Translations under genes and position numbers: made by a program | Notes under the pieces: generated by a model | Told to the model about the DNA's origin: nothing | What the model saw: only the letters and a program-made list of their open reading frames with translations | Databases searched by the model: none | Assembly: GCA_043810635.1 (NCBI GenBank) | Contig: JBDRNY010000023.1 | Coordinates: 1-34,357, forward strand | Source of the DNA: Candidatus Micrarchaeota archaeon | GTDB taxonomy: Archaea > Micrarchaeota > Micrarchaeia > Anstonellales > Anstonellaceae | Direction of reading: 5' to 3' | Length of the DNA stretch: 34,357 bases | Shown: piece after piece, positions 7,981 to 16,844 of the stretch | Numbering within the stretch: the first letter of the stretch is position 1 | Layout: each line of letters begins with the position of its first letter

Positions 7981-8244
7981 ATGAAGGAAAAGAAAAAGAA
8001 ATTGGAAAAGGTGGAGAGGGACACTATAATTGCCGAAATACTTGTAAATTACCCTGAATTGGCCCAAATTTTGATAGATAATGGCTTGTTTTGCGTGGGA
8101 TGCCCGGCAGCCTCTTTTGAAAGCCTTGAAAACGGGTGCAAAATGCACCAAATAAGCGATGAGAAAATTGACGAAATTGTGAAGAAGATGAATGAAGAGA
8201 TTAAAAAGATTGGGGGGAAGAAAAAAAGCAGTGGCAGCGGCTGA
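7981..8244 (+). CDS. DUF1858 domain protein
   Basis: DTIIAEILVNYPEL..IL...GLFCVGCPAASFESLENGCKMH. An upstream in-frame Lys-rich extension is possible. Confidence 0.85.
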   Translation: MKEKKKKLEKVERDTIIAEILVNYPELAQILIDNGLFCVGCPAASFESLENGCKMHQISDEKIDEIVKKMNEEIKKIGGKKKSSGSG

Positions 8245-8345
8245 AGGCTTGAAGGAATTAAAAAGATTGGGAATGGAGAAGGTGGTGATGGAGCCGGGAT
8301 TGAAAGAGGAAAAAGTTTGGAGAAGCGAAAAAGAGCAGTGGTAAA

Positions 8346-8603
8346 ATGAAGAAAGATGATTATTTGAAAAGAGAATTTTTAGGGCAGGTTGCGTCAAAAA
8401 GCAAGCCGTCCGCCCTGAAATCATTGAATAGAATAAAAAGAAAATTTGCATTGCACGGAAAAAGGGTTGTGTTTGTAACCCCTTATTCCAGGATGGCAAA
8501 GGAGGAAGCTGAGAAGTGGAATAAGAAGGGCATAAAAGCTGAAATTAAGAGGGAAAGGGATGATAGGGGGAAAACGGTTTATGTTGTATATATTTTTCAA
8601 TAA
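8346..8603 (+). CDS. Hypothetical basic protein
   Basis: 85-aa ORF with host-like codon usage and co-oriented neighbours. Confidence 0.6.
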   Translation: MKKDDYLKREFLGQVASKSKPSALKSLNRIKRKFALHGKRVVFVTPYSRMAKEEAEKWNKKGIKAEIKRERDDRGKTVYVVYIFQ

Positions 8604-8624
8604 TATTTGAACGGGGAGATGATT

Positions 8625-8891
8625 ATGGCTGATGAAAAAAGAAGGAAAAAAATATTGAAAGGGGGAAAAACCGAAATTTCTGTAATGCATTCCGGCATGA
8701 GGCAGAAATTTGAATTTAATATTATAAGGGAGGAAACTCCTGTGGGCAAAGTGCCTGTTTTGAAAGTTGACAGGTGGATTAATGTTAGTGAATTATTGAG
8801 AATTGCTGAGAGTTTGGATTTGCCTGTGGAAGGGCCGGCGGGGAGATTTTTTCCTAAAGGAAAAAAAGCGATTGATTATGCCGGAATGTAA
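8625..8891 (+). CDS. Hypothetical protein
   Basis: GGGGAG Shine-Dalgarno sequence before ATG 8625; globular-looking 88 aa. Confidence 0.65.
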   Translation: MADEKRRKKILKGGKTEISVMHSGMRQKFEFNIIREETPVGKVPVLKVDRWINVSELLRIAESLDLPVEGPAGRFFPKGKKAIDYAGM

Positions 8892-9809
8892 TTAGACGCT
8901 TTTTTGCGCGATAATATATCTGTCGGCTTTTATTACATTGTATATTTCTTTTTTTGTATTATATGTATTTTCCTCCATATATTCCCTAAAAGTTTTTTCT
9001 TCAACTTTGGCTTGTGAATCCAGCATAAAAAAATTCATTATATATCTTATTGCCTCATAGGTTGCAGAGGAGTGGTCTGTTCGCGAGCAGAGAAATGCCA
9101 TATTTGCATCCGCCAGCTGCATCTGCAAATCATATGCAAAGGAAGTTATGTCGTCGTTTTTGCCGCCAAAATGCTCTATTATGGTTGCAACCTCATTTGA
9201 ATATCCATATTGCCTGTCTCCATGGATAATGGCAGAAAATATGCCATCTTTTTTAGTGGCAGAATAAGCCTCCTTGCTTAGGGAAACCCAATCGTCGGGA
9301 GGGAAGAAATAATGCACATGGTCCATTGTAATCATGTCTGCTTTTTCTAGTTTGCAGTTTGGAAAAGCCTCGCCACTAATTTCAAATTTGGTGCCTTTGA
9401 TTATTTTTGAGTTTTTGAGCCTGTTTTCAAGGCTTTGCGCTATTCCGCCGTTGCGCTCTATGAGAAATGCTTTTTCAAATTTTGCATTTGCAAGAAATTT
9501 TTCTATATAAGGACCATCTCCGGGGCCGATGCAAATGATTTTTCTTCTGTTTTTTAATTTTGGAAATATTTCTTTTTTATAAGTGCGCAACTGAATATCT
9601 TTCTCGTTGGTGGTGTTTGTATAAAATGAAAACAGAACCCCGAATTCGGGTGTTTTGGATATGGTATAGCCGCGCTCTGTTTCAAATAAGTTAAAATCAA
9701 GTCTTATTTTATTTTCAATTTCAAGCAGCTTCTTTTTTGTTATTGAAAAGGGAGTGGAATTTGTATCTTTCCAGTTTATTTTTTGGTCTGCATGTGTTTG
9801 ATATTTCAT
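8892..9809 (-). CDS. Class I SAM-dependent methyltransferase-like protein
   Basis: IICIGPGDG motif I, FLIERN and ADMITMDHVHYF. AGGTG Shine-Dalgarno sequence. Confidence 0.75.
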   Translation of the reverse strand: MKYQTHADQKINWKDTNSTPFSITKKKLLEIENKIRLDFNLFETERGYTISKTPEFGVLFSFYTNTTNEKDIQLRTYKKEIFPKLKNRRKIICIGPGDGPYIEKFLANAKFEKAFLIERNGGIAQSLENRLKNSKIIKGTKFEISGEAFPNCKLEKADMITMDHVHYFFPPDDWVSLSKEAYSATKKDGIFSAIIHGDRQYGYSNEVATIIEHFGGKNDDITSFAYDLQMQLADANMAFLCSRTDHSSATYEAIRYIMNFFMLDSQAKVEEKTFREYMEENTYNTKKEIYNVIKADRYIIAQKSV

Positions 9810-9868
9810 AAAAATACACCTGTAAATGTTTGTTTTGAAAGTATAATATGTATAAAGATATTAAAAGC

Positions 9869-10918
9869 CTACCATCCCAGCACATAAGCAAATATTAGAG
9901 GCACAACAATTGTGGCATCGCTTTCTATCATGTATTTTGGAGTGTCTACATCCAATTTGCCCCAGGTGATTTTTTCATTGGGCACTGCGCCGGAATACGA
10001 ACCATAGGAAGTGGTGGAATCTGAAATCTGGCAGAAATACGACCATGCGGGCACTTTAACATCCTTGAAATAAAACCCCAAATCCTGGTTGATTAAAGGC
10101 ACTACGCAAATCGGAAAATCGCCTGCAATCCCCCCTCCTATCTGGAAAAACCCTATTTTATGTTTTTCAGATTCTTTTCTGTACCAATCTATCAATTCAA
10201 GCATATATTCAATTCCGCTTTTTACTATGTGGGGGTTGGTAAGTTTGGGTATCATGCCGTTCGGCCTGTCGATTTTTGTCACATCCATATTCTTTTTTAT
10301 ATACACTTCTGCAGCAAATGAATTTCCAAGAGTGGAATCTTCCCATCCCCCTATAAATATCGGGAGGTTTTTCTCCGCCGCCGCAATAACCCACGAATCT
10401 TTAGGATCTATTTCATAATACTGCTCAAGCACTTTTGAATTAATCAATTCATATACAAATTCATGGGGGAAATACCTTTTTCCCTCTTTCTGCGCCTTTT
10501 CCCATGCCGCAATCATAACTTTGTCAAGCTTAGTCATTGCATTCTCTTCGGGTATGCAGGTGTCTGTCACCCTGTTTAATCTTTTGTCAAACAATTCTTT
10601 TTCCTGCTCGGGCGTCAAATCGCGGTAATTTGGCAGGCGTTTGTAATGCTTGTGCGCAACCAAATTAAACATATCTTCCTCTAAATTCGCGCCGGTGCAT
10701 GAAATTGCATGCACTTTATCCTGCCTTATCATTTCAGCAAGGGATTTTCCCAATTCCGCTGTTGACATTGCCCCTGCCATTGAAATAAACATTTTTCCGC
10801 CTGAATCTAGTAATTTTTTGTACCCTTCCGCCGCATCAGCCAATGCTGCAGCATTAAAATGCTTGTAATGAGTTTTTATAAAATTCGTTATTTCGCCTTT
10901 TTTTTCCATAAATACCAT
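9869..10918 (-). CDS. Deoxyhypusine synthase-like protein (bacterial-type)
   Basis: HFNAAAL, MAGAMSTAELG, CTGANLEED, QIGGGIAGDFPICVVP, YGSYSGAVPNEKITWGK and IESDATIV. Confidence 0.9.
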   Translation of the reverse strand: MVFMEKKGEITNFIKTHYKHFNAAALADAAEGYKKLLDSGGKMFISMAGAMSTAELGKSLAEMIRQDKVHAISCTGANLEEDMFNLVAHKHYKRLPNYRDLTPEQEKELFDKRLNRVTDTCIPEENAMTKLDKVMIAAWEKAQKEGKRYFPHEFVYELINSKVLEQYYEIDPKDSWVIAAAEKNLPIFIGGWEDSTLGNSFAAEVYIKKNMDVTKIDRPNGMIPKLTNPHIVKSGIEYMLELIDWYRKESEKHKIGFFQIGGGIAGDFPICVVPLINQDLGFYFKDVKVPAWSYFCQISDSTTSYGSYSGAVPNEKITWGKLDVDTPKYMIESDATIVVPLIFAYVLGW

Positions 10919-11061
10919 TTAAAATTATAGAAGTAAATTTTATAATGGTTGTTAAATTTTTTTAAATCTGAGAAATTATTTTTTCAATATTTTCCGCATA
11001 AAAAAGCTTATTAGCATGGGTTGCGTTGGATTTTCAGAGAAATTTGCCTGGTGAGATGAAA

Positions 11062-11715
11062 ATGGAAAAAGAAATTGAAATTGTTCCTGCAATTCTCGTA
11101 AAAACAAAAGAGGAGTTAATGGAAAAAATAAAGCGCGTTGAATTTGCACCTGTTTTGCAAATTGATTTGATGGACGGAATATTTGTAAAAAATAAAACTA
11201 TTAGCATGAAGGATTTGGAAAATTTGCCGAAAAATAAGGAAATTGAATATCATTTGATGGTAAGCGAGCCGTATAACTGGATTGATAAGCTGCCTGAAGG
11301 GGAGAATAGCATTTTTCAGGTGCATGTGGAATCTGCAAATATTGAGGAATTGGATGAAATTATAAAATTGGTTGATGTGAAGAAAAGCAGGCTTTGCTGG
11401 GCAATAAATCCCCCGACGAAAATCGGAATATTGGAAAAAATAGGGATGGGGAATGCATGTGAAATACTTGTTATGGCAGTAAATCCGGGGTATTCTGGGC
11501 AGAGCTATATTTCTGAAATAGACAGGAAAATGAAATTATTAAGGGAAAAATATCCTGAAATTATTATTGAAGTGGACGGCGGGATAGTGGAAGAGACTAT
11601 TCCGGGCGCTGTTAAGGCGGGCGCCAACAGGCTTGCTTGTGCAAGCGCTATTTTCTCGAAAGAAGATGCTGAGGGGGCATATAAAGAGCTTAAAAAGCTA
11701 GCAAACAATATATAG
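11062..11715 (+). CDS. rpe: Ribulose-phosphate 3-epimerase
   Basis: IVPAIL, QIDLMDGIFV, EYHLMV, VMAVNPGYSGQ and IEVDGGI. Confidence 0.93.
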   Translation: MEKEIEIVPAILVKTKEELMEKIKRVEFAPVLQIDLMDGIFVKNKTISMKDLENLPKNKEIEYHLMVSEPYNWIDKLPEGENSIFQVHVESANIEELDEIIKLVDVKKSRLCWAINPPTKIGILEKIGMGNACEILVMAVNPGYSGQSYISEIDRKMKLLREKYPEIIIEVDGGIVEETIPGAVKAGANRLACASAIFSKEDAEGAYKELKKLANNI

Positions 11716-11726
11716 ACCGGGAGGCT

Positions 11727-12593
11727 ATGGCATTTTTACATATTAAGTCAGTCGAGGAACTAGAATTAAAGGCAAATGATATCAGGCAGGATATCGTCAG
11801 AATGCTTGCTAATGCAGGAAGCGGGCATACTGCAGGCCCGCTCGGCATGGCAGATGTGTTTGCAACTCTTTATTTCGGAATTGCAATGCATGATCCGAAA
11901 AAGCCGGATTGGGACGGAAGGGATAGGATTGTTTTGTCTAACGGCCATATTTGCCCTGTATTATATTCCACTTTGGCTGAATGCGGGTATTTTGACAAGA
12001 AAAAACTTCTTACACTAAGAAAATTAGGCTCGCCTTTGCAGGGGCACCCTCACAGGGGGGAAGTGCCTGGTGTGGAAAATTCTTCAGGCCCATTGGGGCA
12101 GGGATTATCCCAGGCATGCGGCATGGCTTTGGCAGGAAAAATAGATAAGAAAAAACATATTGTTTATTGTTTGACAAGCGACGGGGAGCATAATGAAGGG
12201 GCAACATGGGAAGCTGCAATGTTTGCTGCAAAATATAAATTGGGAAATTTGGTGCAAATAATGGACAGAAATTATATTCAAATTGACGGAAATACCGAGG
12301 ATGTTATGCCTCTCGAACCTCTTGCTGAAAAATATCTGGCATTTGGATGGAATGTAATTGAAGTGGACGGAAATGATATTGGCAAATTGATTGATGTGCT
12401 GGAAAGCGTGAGTGAAAAAGCAAGGGAAAATTCGGAAGGCACGCCTACAATAATAATTGCAAAAACAATTCCAGGGAAAGGAGTGTCATTTGTCGAGGGA
12501 AGTTATAAATGGCACGGGATTGCGCCGAAGAAAGAGGAAGCCGAGAAAGCCATTGGCGAATTGCAGGAAGCGAGAAAGAAAATTGGAAAATGA
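11727..12593 (+). CDS. tktA: Transketolase, N-terminal (TPP-binding) subunit
   Basis: GSGH, RDRIVLSNGH, LQGHP, GPLGQG, SDGEHNEGATWEA and KT.PGKG. Confidence 0.95.
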   Translation: MAFLHIKSVEELELKANDIRQDIVRMLANAGSGHTAGPLGMADVFATLYFGIAMHDPKKPDWDGRDRIVLSNGHICPVLYSTLAECGYFDKKKLLTLRKLGSPLQGHPHRGEVPGVENSSGPLGQGLSQACGMALAGKIDKKKHIVYCLTSDGEHNEGATWEAAMFAAKYKLGNLVQIMDRNYIQIDGNTEDVMPLEPLAEKYLAFGWNVIEVDGNDIGKLIDVLESVSEKARENSEGTPTIIIAKTIPGKGVSFVEGSYKWHGIAPKKEEAEKAIGELQEARKKIGK

Positions 12594-12628
12594 GCGGGGA
12601 AAAATGCAAGCAAAGAAAGGTAATTGAA

Positions 12629-13630
12629 ATGGCTGCAAAATTTGAATTAAATGAAAAAATGAGCCTGGCGCAGGATGTATTTTCTGCTGAATTGAAAAAA
12701 AGCGGGACCAGGGACGGATGGGGAAAAGCATTAATGCAATTAGGGAAGGAAAATGAGAATATTGTTGCATTAAGCGCGGATTTGTCAGGTTCGGTAAGAA
12801 CTGAGTGGTTTGAAAAAGAATTTCCTTCAAGGTTTTTCAATTGCGGTGTGGCGGAGCAGAATATGGCAGGAGTGGCTGCAGGATTGGCTATGGAAGGAAA
12901 AACAGTGTTTTTTTCCTCGTTTGCGGTATTTTCGCCCGGAAGAAATTGGGATATGATAAGGGTATGTGTTGCTTACAATAATTTAAATGTAAAATTTTCA
13001 GGTGCGCATGCAGGAATAACTACAGGCGCGGACGGGGCAACCCACCAGGCATTGGAAGATATTGCAATAATGAGGGTGGTGCCGAATATTTGCGTATTAG
13101 TGCCTGCAGATGAAAATGAGGCATATAAAGCCGCATATGTTGCTGCTGAAAGAAAAGGGCCAGTGTATATTCGCGTGGGAAGGGAAAAAGTTCCGAATTT
13201 TACAACTGATGCAACTCCATTTGAAATTGGAAAAATAAATTTATTGAAAGACGGAAAAGATGTTGCAATAATCGCATGCGGAATTGAAGTGTTTGAAGCA
13301 TTGAAAGCAGGGAAAATGCTTGCTGAAAATGGAATCGATGCTGCAATATTAAATTGCCATACAATAAAGCCGATAGATAGAAAAACAATTATTGAATATG
13401 CTGAGAAATGCGGGTGTGTGGTTGTTGCAGAAGAGCATCAAATCAACGGGGGATTGGCCGGCGCGGTATGTGAAGTGCTATGTGAAGAAGGAGTTGGCGC
13501 GCCTGTTGCAAGGGTTGGAGTGAAGGATAAATTTGGAGAAAGCGGAAAAGGAATGGAATTATTGAAAAAATATGAAATGGATGCTGATGGAATTGTAAAA
13601 GCGGCCGGCGAGGTTATTAAGAAGAAATAG
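12629..13630 (+). CDS. tktB: Transketolase, C-terminal subunit
   Basis: LSADLSGS, GVAEQNM, GADGATHQALED, GPVYIR.GR and EEHQINGGL. Confidence 0.95.
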   Translation: MAAKFELNEKMSLAQDVFSAELKKSGTRDGWGKALMQLGKENENIVALSADLSGSVRTEWFEKEFPSRFFNCGVAEQNMAGVAAGLAMEGKTVFFSSFAVFSPGRNWDMIRVCVAYNNLNVKFSGAHAGITTGADGATHQALEDIAIMRVVPNICVLVPADENEAYKAAYVAAERKGPVYIRVGREKVPNFTTDATPFEIGKINLLKDGKDVAIIACGIEVFEALKAGKMLAENGIDAAILNCHTIKPIDRKTIIEYAEKCGCVVVAEEHQINGGLAGAVCEVLCEEGVGAPVARVGVKDKFGESGKGMELLKKYEMDADGIVKAAGEVIKKK

Positions 13631-13643
13631 AAGGGTGAGATTT

Positions 13644-14297
13644 ATGAAATTGTTTTTGGATACTGCTGAAGTGAATTTGATAAAAAAATATGCTGCCACA
13701 GGATTGGTAGATGGAATTACCACAAATCCAACACTAATAATGAAAGCAGGCAGGAAGCAGGAAGAAGCAATTAAGGAAATTTGCACAATTATAAGCGGGC
13801 CTGTGAGTGTGGAAGGAATTGCTGAAGATGCAAAAGGCATGGTTAAGGATGGGAAGAAGTTTGCAAAATGGGCGCCGAATATTGTTGTTAAAATACCCAT
13901 GACGGATGAGGGAATGAAAGCTGTGCATGAATTGGAAAGCCAGGGCATTAAAACAAATGTTACTTTAGTATTTTCCACTTCGCAGGCATTGCTTGCAGCA
14001 AAAGCAGGCGCATCATTTGTCTCCCCTTTTGTGGGAAGATTGGATGATGTTTCGCAAACAGGCATGAAAGTGGTTGCAGATATGCTGCAAATATATGAAA
14101 ATTTTGGCTTTGATACCCAGGTAATAGTGGCTTCGGTGCGCTCGCCCCAGCATGTTGCTGATGCCGCGCAACTCGGGGCGCACATTGCAACTGTTCCACC
14201 GGATATATTTGAAAAATTATTCAAGCATCCTTTGACAGATGTTGGCATAAAACGGTTTTTGGAAGATTTTAACAAGGCAAAAAAAGAAAAGGGTTAA
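13644..14297 (+). CDS. tal: Transaldolase / fructose-6-phosphate aldolase (short TalC/Fsa family)
   Basis: FLDTA, GITTNPTLI, VVKIPMT, NVTLVFS..QALLAAKAGA, SPFVGRLDD and HPLTD.G. Confidence 0.95.
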   Translation: MKLFLDTAEVNLIKKYAATGLVDGITTNPTLIMKAGRKQEEAIKEICTIISGPVSVEGIAEDAKGMVKDGKKFAKWAPNIVVKIPMTDEGMKAVHELESQGIKTNVTLVFSTSQALLAAKAGASFVSPFVGRLDDVSQTGMKVVADMLQIYENFGFDTQVIVASVRSPQHVADAAQLGAHIATVPPDIFEKLFKHPLTDVGIKRFLEDFNKAKKEKG

Positions 14298-14321
14298 AAA
14301 GATTGGATAATACCGCTTTTC

Positions 14322-14585
14322 ATGGTTAGCGAATACCTCGGCACTGCCGGAATGGTTTTGATAATAATAGCATGGATACCGGAAACTATTCAAAATTGGA
14401 AGGAGAAGGGGAAAAATCTGAATTTGAAATTTGTTGCCCTTTATTTATTCGGTTCGCTTTTCCTTACCTACCATGCATGGGTAATTCAGGATTTTGTTTT
14501 TCTTACCCTTAATTTGCTTGCAACATTAATTGCTATATTCAATGCGTTTATTATTTTGGGAAATAAGCGGAAGAGAGGAAGATAA
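14322..14585 (+). CDS. PQ-loop / SemiSWEET-like three-helix transporter
   Basis: 87 aa with three hydrophobic helices and AWIPE at the PQ position. Confidence 0.7.
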   Translation: MVSEYLGTAGMVLIIIAWIPETIQNWKEKGKNLNLKFVALYLFGSLFLTYHAWVIQDFVFLTLNLLATLIAIFNAFIILGNKRKRGR

Positions 14586-14587
14586 GT

Positions 14588-15037
14588 ATGGGTGAAAAAC
14601 CATATACTTGCCATCAGTGCGGCAGAAAGTGTAAAAGCGAGGAAGTTTATTTTGTTCCAAAAAATTCTTTAGATGTTAACAAAGGGGTATGCAGGTTTGA
14701 ACTTAATCCGATTAAATCACTGCCCCTTCTCTTCAACCTCAAACCGTTCTGCAAAGAGCATGTTGGCCAGGCTTCACTTGGTACAAAAGATAAGGAAATG
14801 GGCGAATTTATTTTCTTTTTGGGAAATCCGATTATTTTTATAGCGGGTGCCATATTTTCGATTATATTTTTAGCAATGACATATGCCTATGCAATTTATA
14901 CAATACAAAATTCCACTCTGGCAAATATTTTCATTAGTTTTATACTTGTAATAATAACATTCGCTCTTGCAATAATGTCAATATCAAAGATTTGGGTTGT
15001 TTTGTATAATATTTTGAACAATAAAAGAAGGAAATAG
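14588..15037 (+). CDS. Hypothetical membrane protein with N-terminal Cys/His cluster
   Basis: CHQC...FCKEH, then two transmembrane segments. Confidence 0.6.
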   Translation: MGEKPYTCHQCGRKCKSEEVYFVPKNSLDVNKGVCRFELNPIKSLPLLFNLKPFCKEHVGQASLGTKDKEMGEFIFFLGNPIIFIAGAIFSIIFLAMTYAYAIYTIQNSTLANIFISFILVIITFALAIMSISKIWVVLYNILNNKRRK

Positions 15038-15535
15038 GTGAAAATTTTGAAAGGAAACAAATATTTGGATGAAAAATTCATGCTGGAAACTATTGAAAAG
15101 GCAAAAGAAGGGATAAAGAAAGGGCAGGCGCCTTTTGCGGCGTGCATTGTTGATGAATTGAATAATATTGTTGTATGCGAGCATAGCAAGGTGTGGGAAA
15201 CGAATGATATTACAGCCCATGCTGAAATTGTTGCAATAAGGAAAGCCTGCGAAAAATTGGGGAAAATTGATTTAAGCAATTGCACTATTTATTCCACAAC
15301 AGAACCCTGCCCGATGTGCTTTAGTGCAATTCACTGGGCAGGCATTGAGAGGATTGTTTTTGCAGCAAATATCGGGGATGCTAAAAATGCGGGCTTTAGG
15401 GAATTAATGATTTCAAATGAAAAAATGAATGAAATAGGCGGGGGAAGGATTGAAATTAAAAAAGAGTTTAAAAGGGGAGAGGCGCTGAAATTGTTTGAAG
15501 AGTGGGGCAAGGGCGAGGGAAAAAAGAACTATTGA
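15038..15535 (+). CDS. CDA-fold nucleobase/nucleoside deaminase (GuaD-like)
   Basis: PFAACIV, TAHAEIVAIRKAC and EPCPMCFSAIHWA. Confidence 0.88.
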   Translation: MKILKGNKYLDEKFMLETIEKAKEGIKKGQAPFAACIVDELNNIVVCEHSKVWETNDITAHAEIVAIRKACEKLGKIDLSNCTIYSTTEPCPMCFSAIHWAGIERIVFAANIGDAKNAGFRELMISNEKMNEIGGGRIEIKKEFKRGEALKLFEEWGKGEGKKNY

Positions 15536-15569
15536 GAATGTTTATAATTATTCTTGTTTTGGTTAGTTT

Positions 15570-15932
15570 ATGGCAGCTGAAAAAAAGGGGAGCGGAAGAT
15601 ATTTCAAATATTGCTCAGACTGCGGGGCAAAAGTATCAAAAAAAGCGGAAATTTGTCCCCAGTGCGGAGTGAGGCAGGACGGAAAATCCGAAGGGGAAGA
15701 AGGAGGGGGAAGCGGAGCAAAAAACCCCGCACTCGCGGCTGTATTAAGCTTTTTATTTACAGGCTTGGGGCAAATTTACAACGGGGAAATTGGAAAAGGA
15801 ATTATGTTTATAATAGTGTATATTGTATTGTGGACAATTTCAGTATTTACCCTTTTCATATGCATCCCGGGGCCGATATTATTCTGGCTGTACGGAATTT
15901 ATGATGCATATGAAGTTGCAAAAAAGAAATAA
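15570..15932 (+). CDS. Zinc-ribbon plus TM2-like membrane protein
   Basis: YCSDCG...ICPQCG, KNPALAAVLSFLFTGLGQIYNG and YGIYDAY. Confidence 0.85.
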   Translation: MAAEKKGSGRYFKYCSDCGAKVSKKAEICPQCGVRQDGKSEGEEGGGSGAKNPALAAVLSFLFTGLGQIYNGEIGKGIMFIIVYIVLWTISVFTLFICIPGPILFWLYGIYDAYEVAKKK

Positions 15933-15934
15933 TT

Positions 15935-16489
15935 TTACTTTAGCAGCATTTTAGTCCAGTTTATATGGGGCCTGAATTTAGCTCCTAATTCCCGGGAAGC
16001 GGTAAATTCAATCAATGCTTTCATCACATCGCTTTTATTCATGCCTGTTGTATCCAACTCAAATACTCTTGATTTTCGGTAGCATTTTTCAGAGGTGAGG
16101 GTGCAGTAATCCAATACTTCTGCAAGCATATTTTTCTCAACTTTTGCCTTGGAATATCTTCTTTTTTCAAGCCGATTTACCAAATCCACGGGGTTGAGGC
16201 GCAAAACCAGCACCCTCTGAACTTTTAATTCAATCTCGCACCCCAAATGCCCTTCAACCAATACCGGCTTTTTGGATTGGTGTATTTTTTCATTTGCAAT
16301 TTTCTGCAATTTTTCCAATTCTGCAATTCTTGATTTGTCTTTTTCGTCTATTTTTGAATATAATCCGTATTCATTCACCAAGTCGGTGAGGGAAAGGTAT
16401 TTCCAGCCGAATTTTTTGCAAAAAGCTCTTGCAACTTCGGTTTTTCCCGTACCAGGGCTTCCTGTAAGCAAAATTGCCTGCTTTCCCAT
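15935..16489 (-). CDS. Adenylate kinase, AK6/Fap7 type
   Basis: LTGSPGTGKT P-loop, LVEGH, and RL.KRRY...KV..N..AE.L. Confidence 0.9.
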   Translation of the reverse strand: MGKQAILLTGSPGTGKTEVARAFCKKFGWKYLSLTDLVNEYGLYSKIDEKDKSRIAELEKLQKIANEKIHQSKKPVLVEGHLGCEIELKVQRVLVLRLNPVDLVNRLEKRRYSKAKVEKNMLAEVLDYCTLTSEKCYRKSRVFELDTTGMNKSDVMKALIEFTASRELGAKFRPHINWTKMLLK

Positions 16490-16834
16490 TTACAATTCCC
16501 CCGCGCGGTTTTCCAATATTGCCTTTGCATCCTGCAAGGCATTCCTGCCTTCTTTTGTTAATGAATAATATTTTCTCTGCCCGTCTTCTTTTGAACTCAG
16601 CAATTTCTCTGATTCAAGCTTGTATAATACAAGATATACTAAAAGCCTGCTTGGCTTAAATCCGAATTTTTCATTTATTTTTTCCGGAAGGGTGTAGGCA
16701 TAAATTTTCCCTCTTTTTGCAAGAGAAAGTATTGAAAGCCATAAATTTGATATAGTAATGGAATTAATGAGGCGCGCGACAGGGCGGTTTGAAGGCGGGC
16801 GTATCTGCTTTTTCTTTTTATTTCCTTTTGCCAT
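16490..16834 (-). CDS. PadR family transcriptional regulator
   Basis: YAY.L, VYLVLYKLESE.LL and RKYYSLTKEG. Confidence 0.88.
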   Translation of the reverse strand: MAKGNKKKKQIRPPSNRPVARLINSITISNLWLSILSLAKRGKIYAYTLPEKINEKFGFKPSRLLVYLVLYKLESEKLLSSKEDGQRKYYSLTKEGRNALQDAKAILENRAGEL

Positions 16835-16844
16835 TTTATTTCAC

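Noticed and set aside
7627..8499. 290-aa minus-strand ORF and the purine-rich tract at 7680-7980
   Set aside because: The ORF is a Phe/Leu-rich shadow of A/G-rich plus-strand sequence and overlaps the real DUF1858 gene. No defined structure was found in the tract.
12565..12631. Possible duplicated transketolase-N end (EARKKIGK* vs QAKKGN*)
   Set aside because: The similarity is too weak in A-rich sequence to distinguish from chance.
13559..14275. 238-aa antisense ORF over transaldolase, and similar antisense ORFs in the track
   Set aside because: These are shadow frames of well-supported genes with no motifs of their own.
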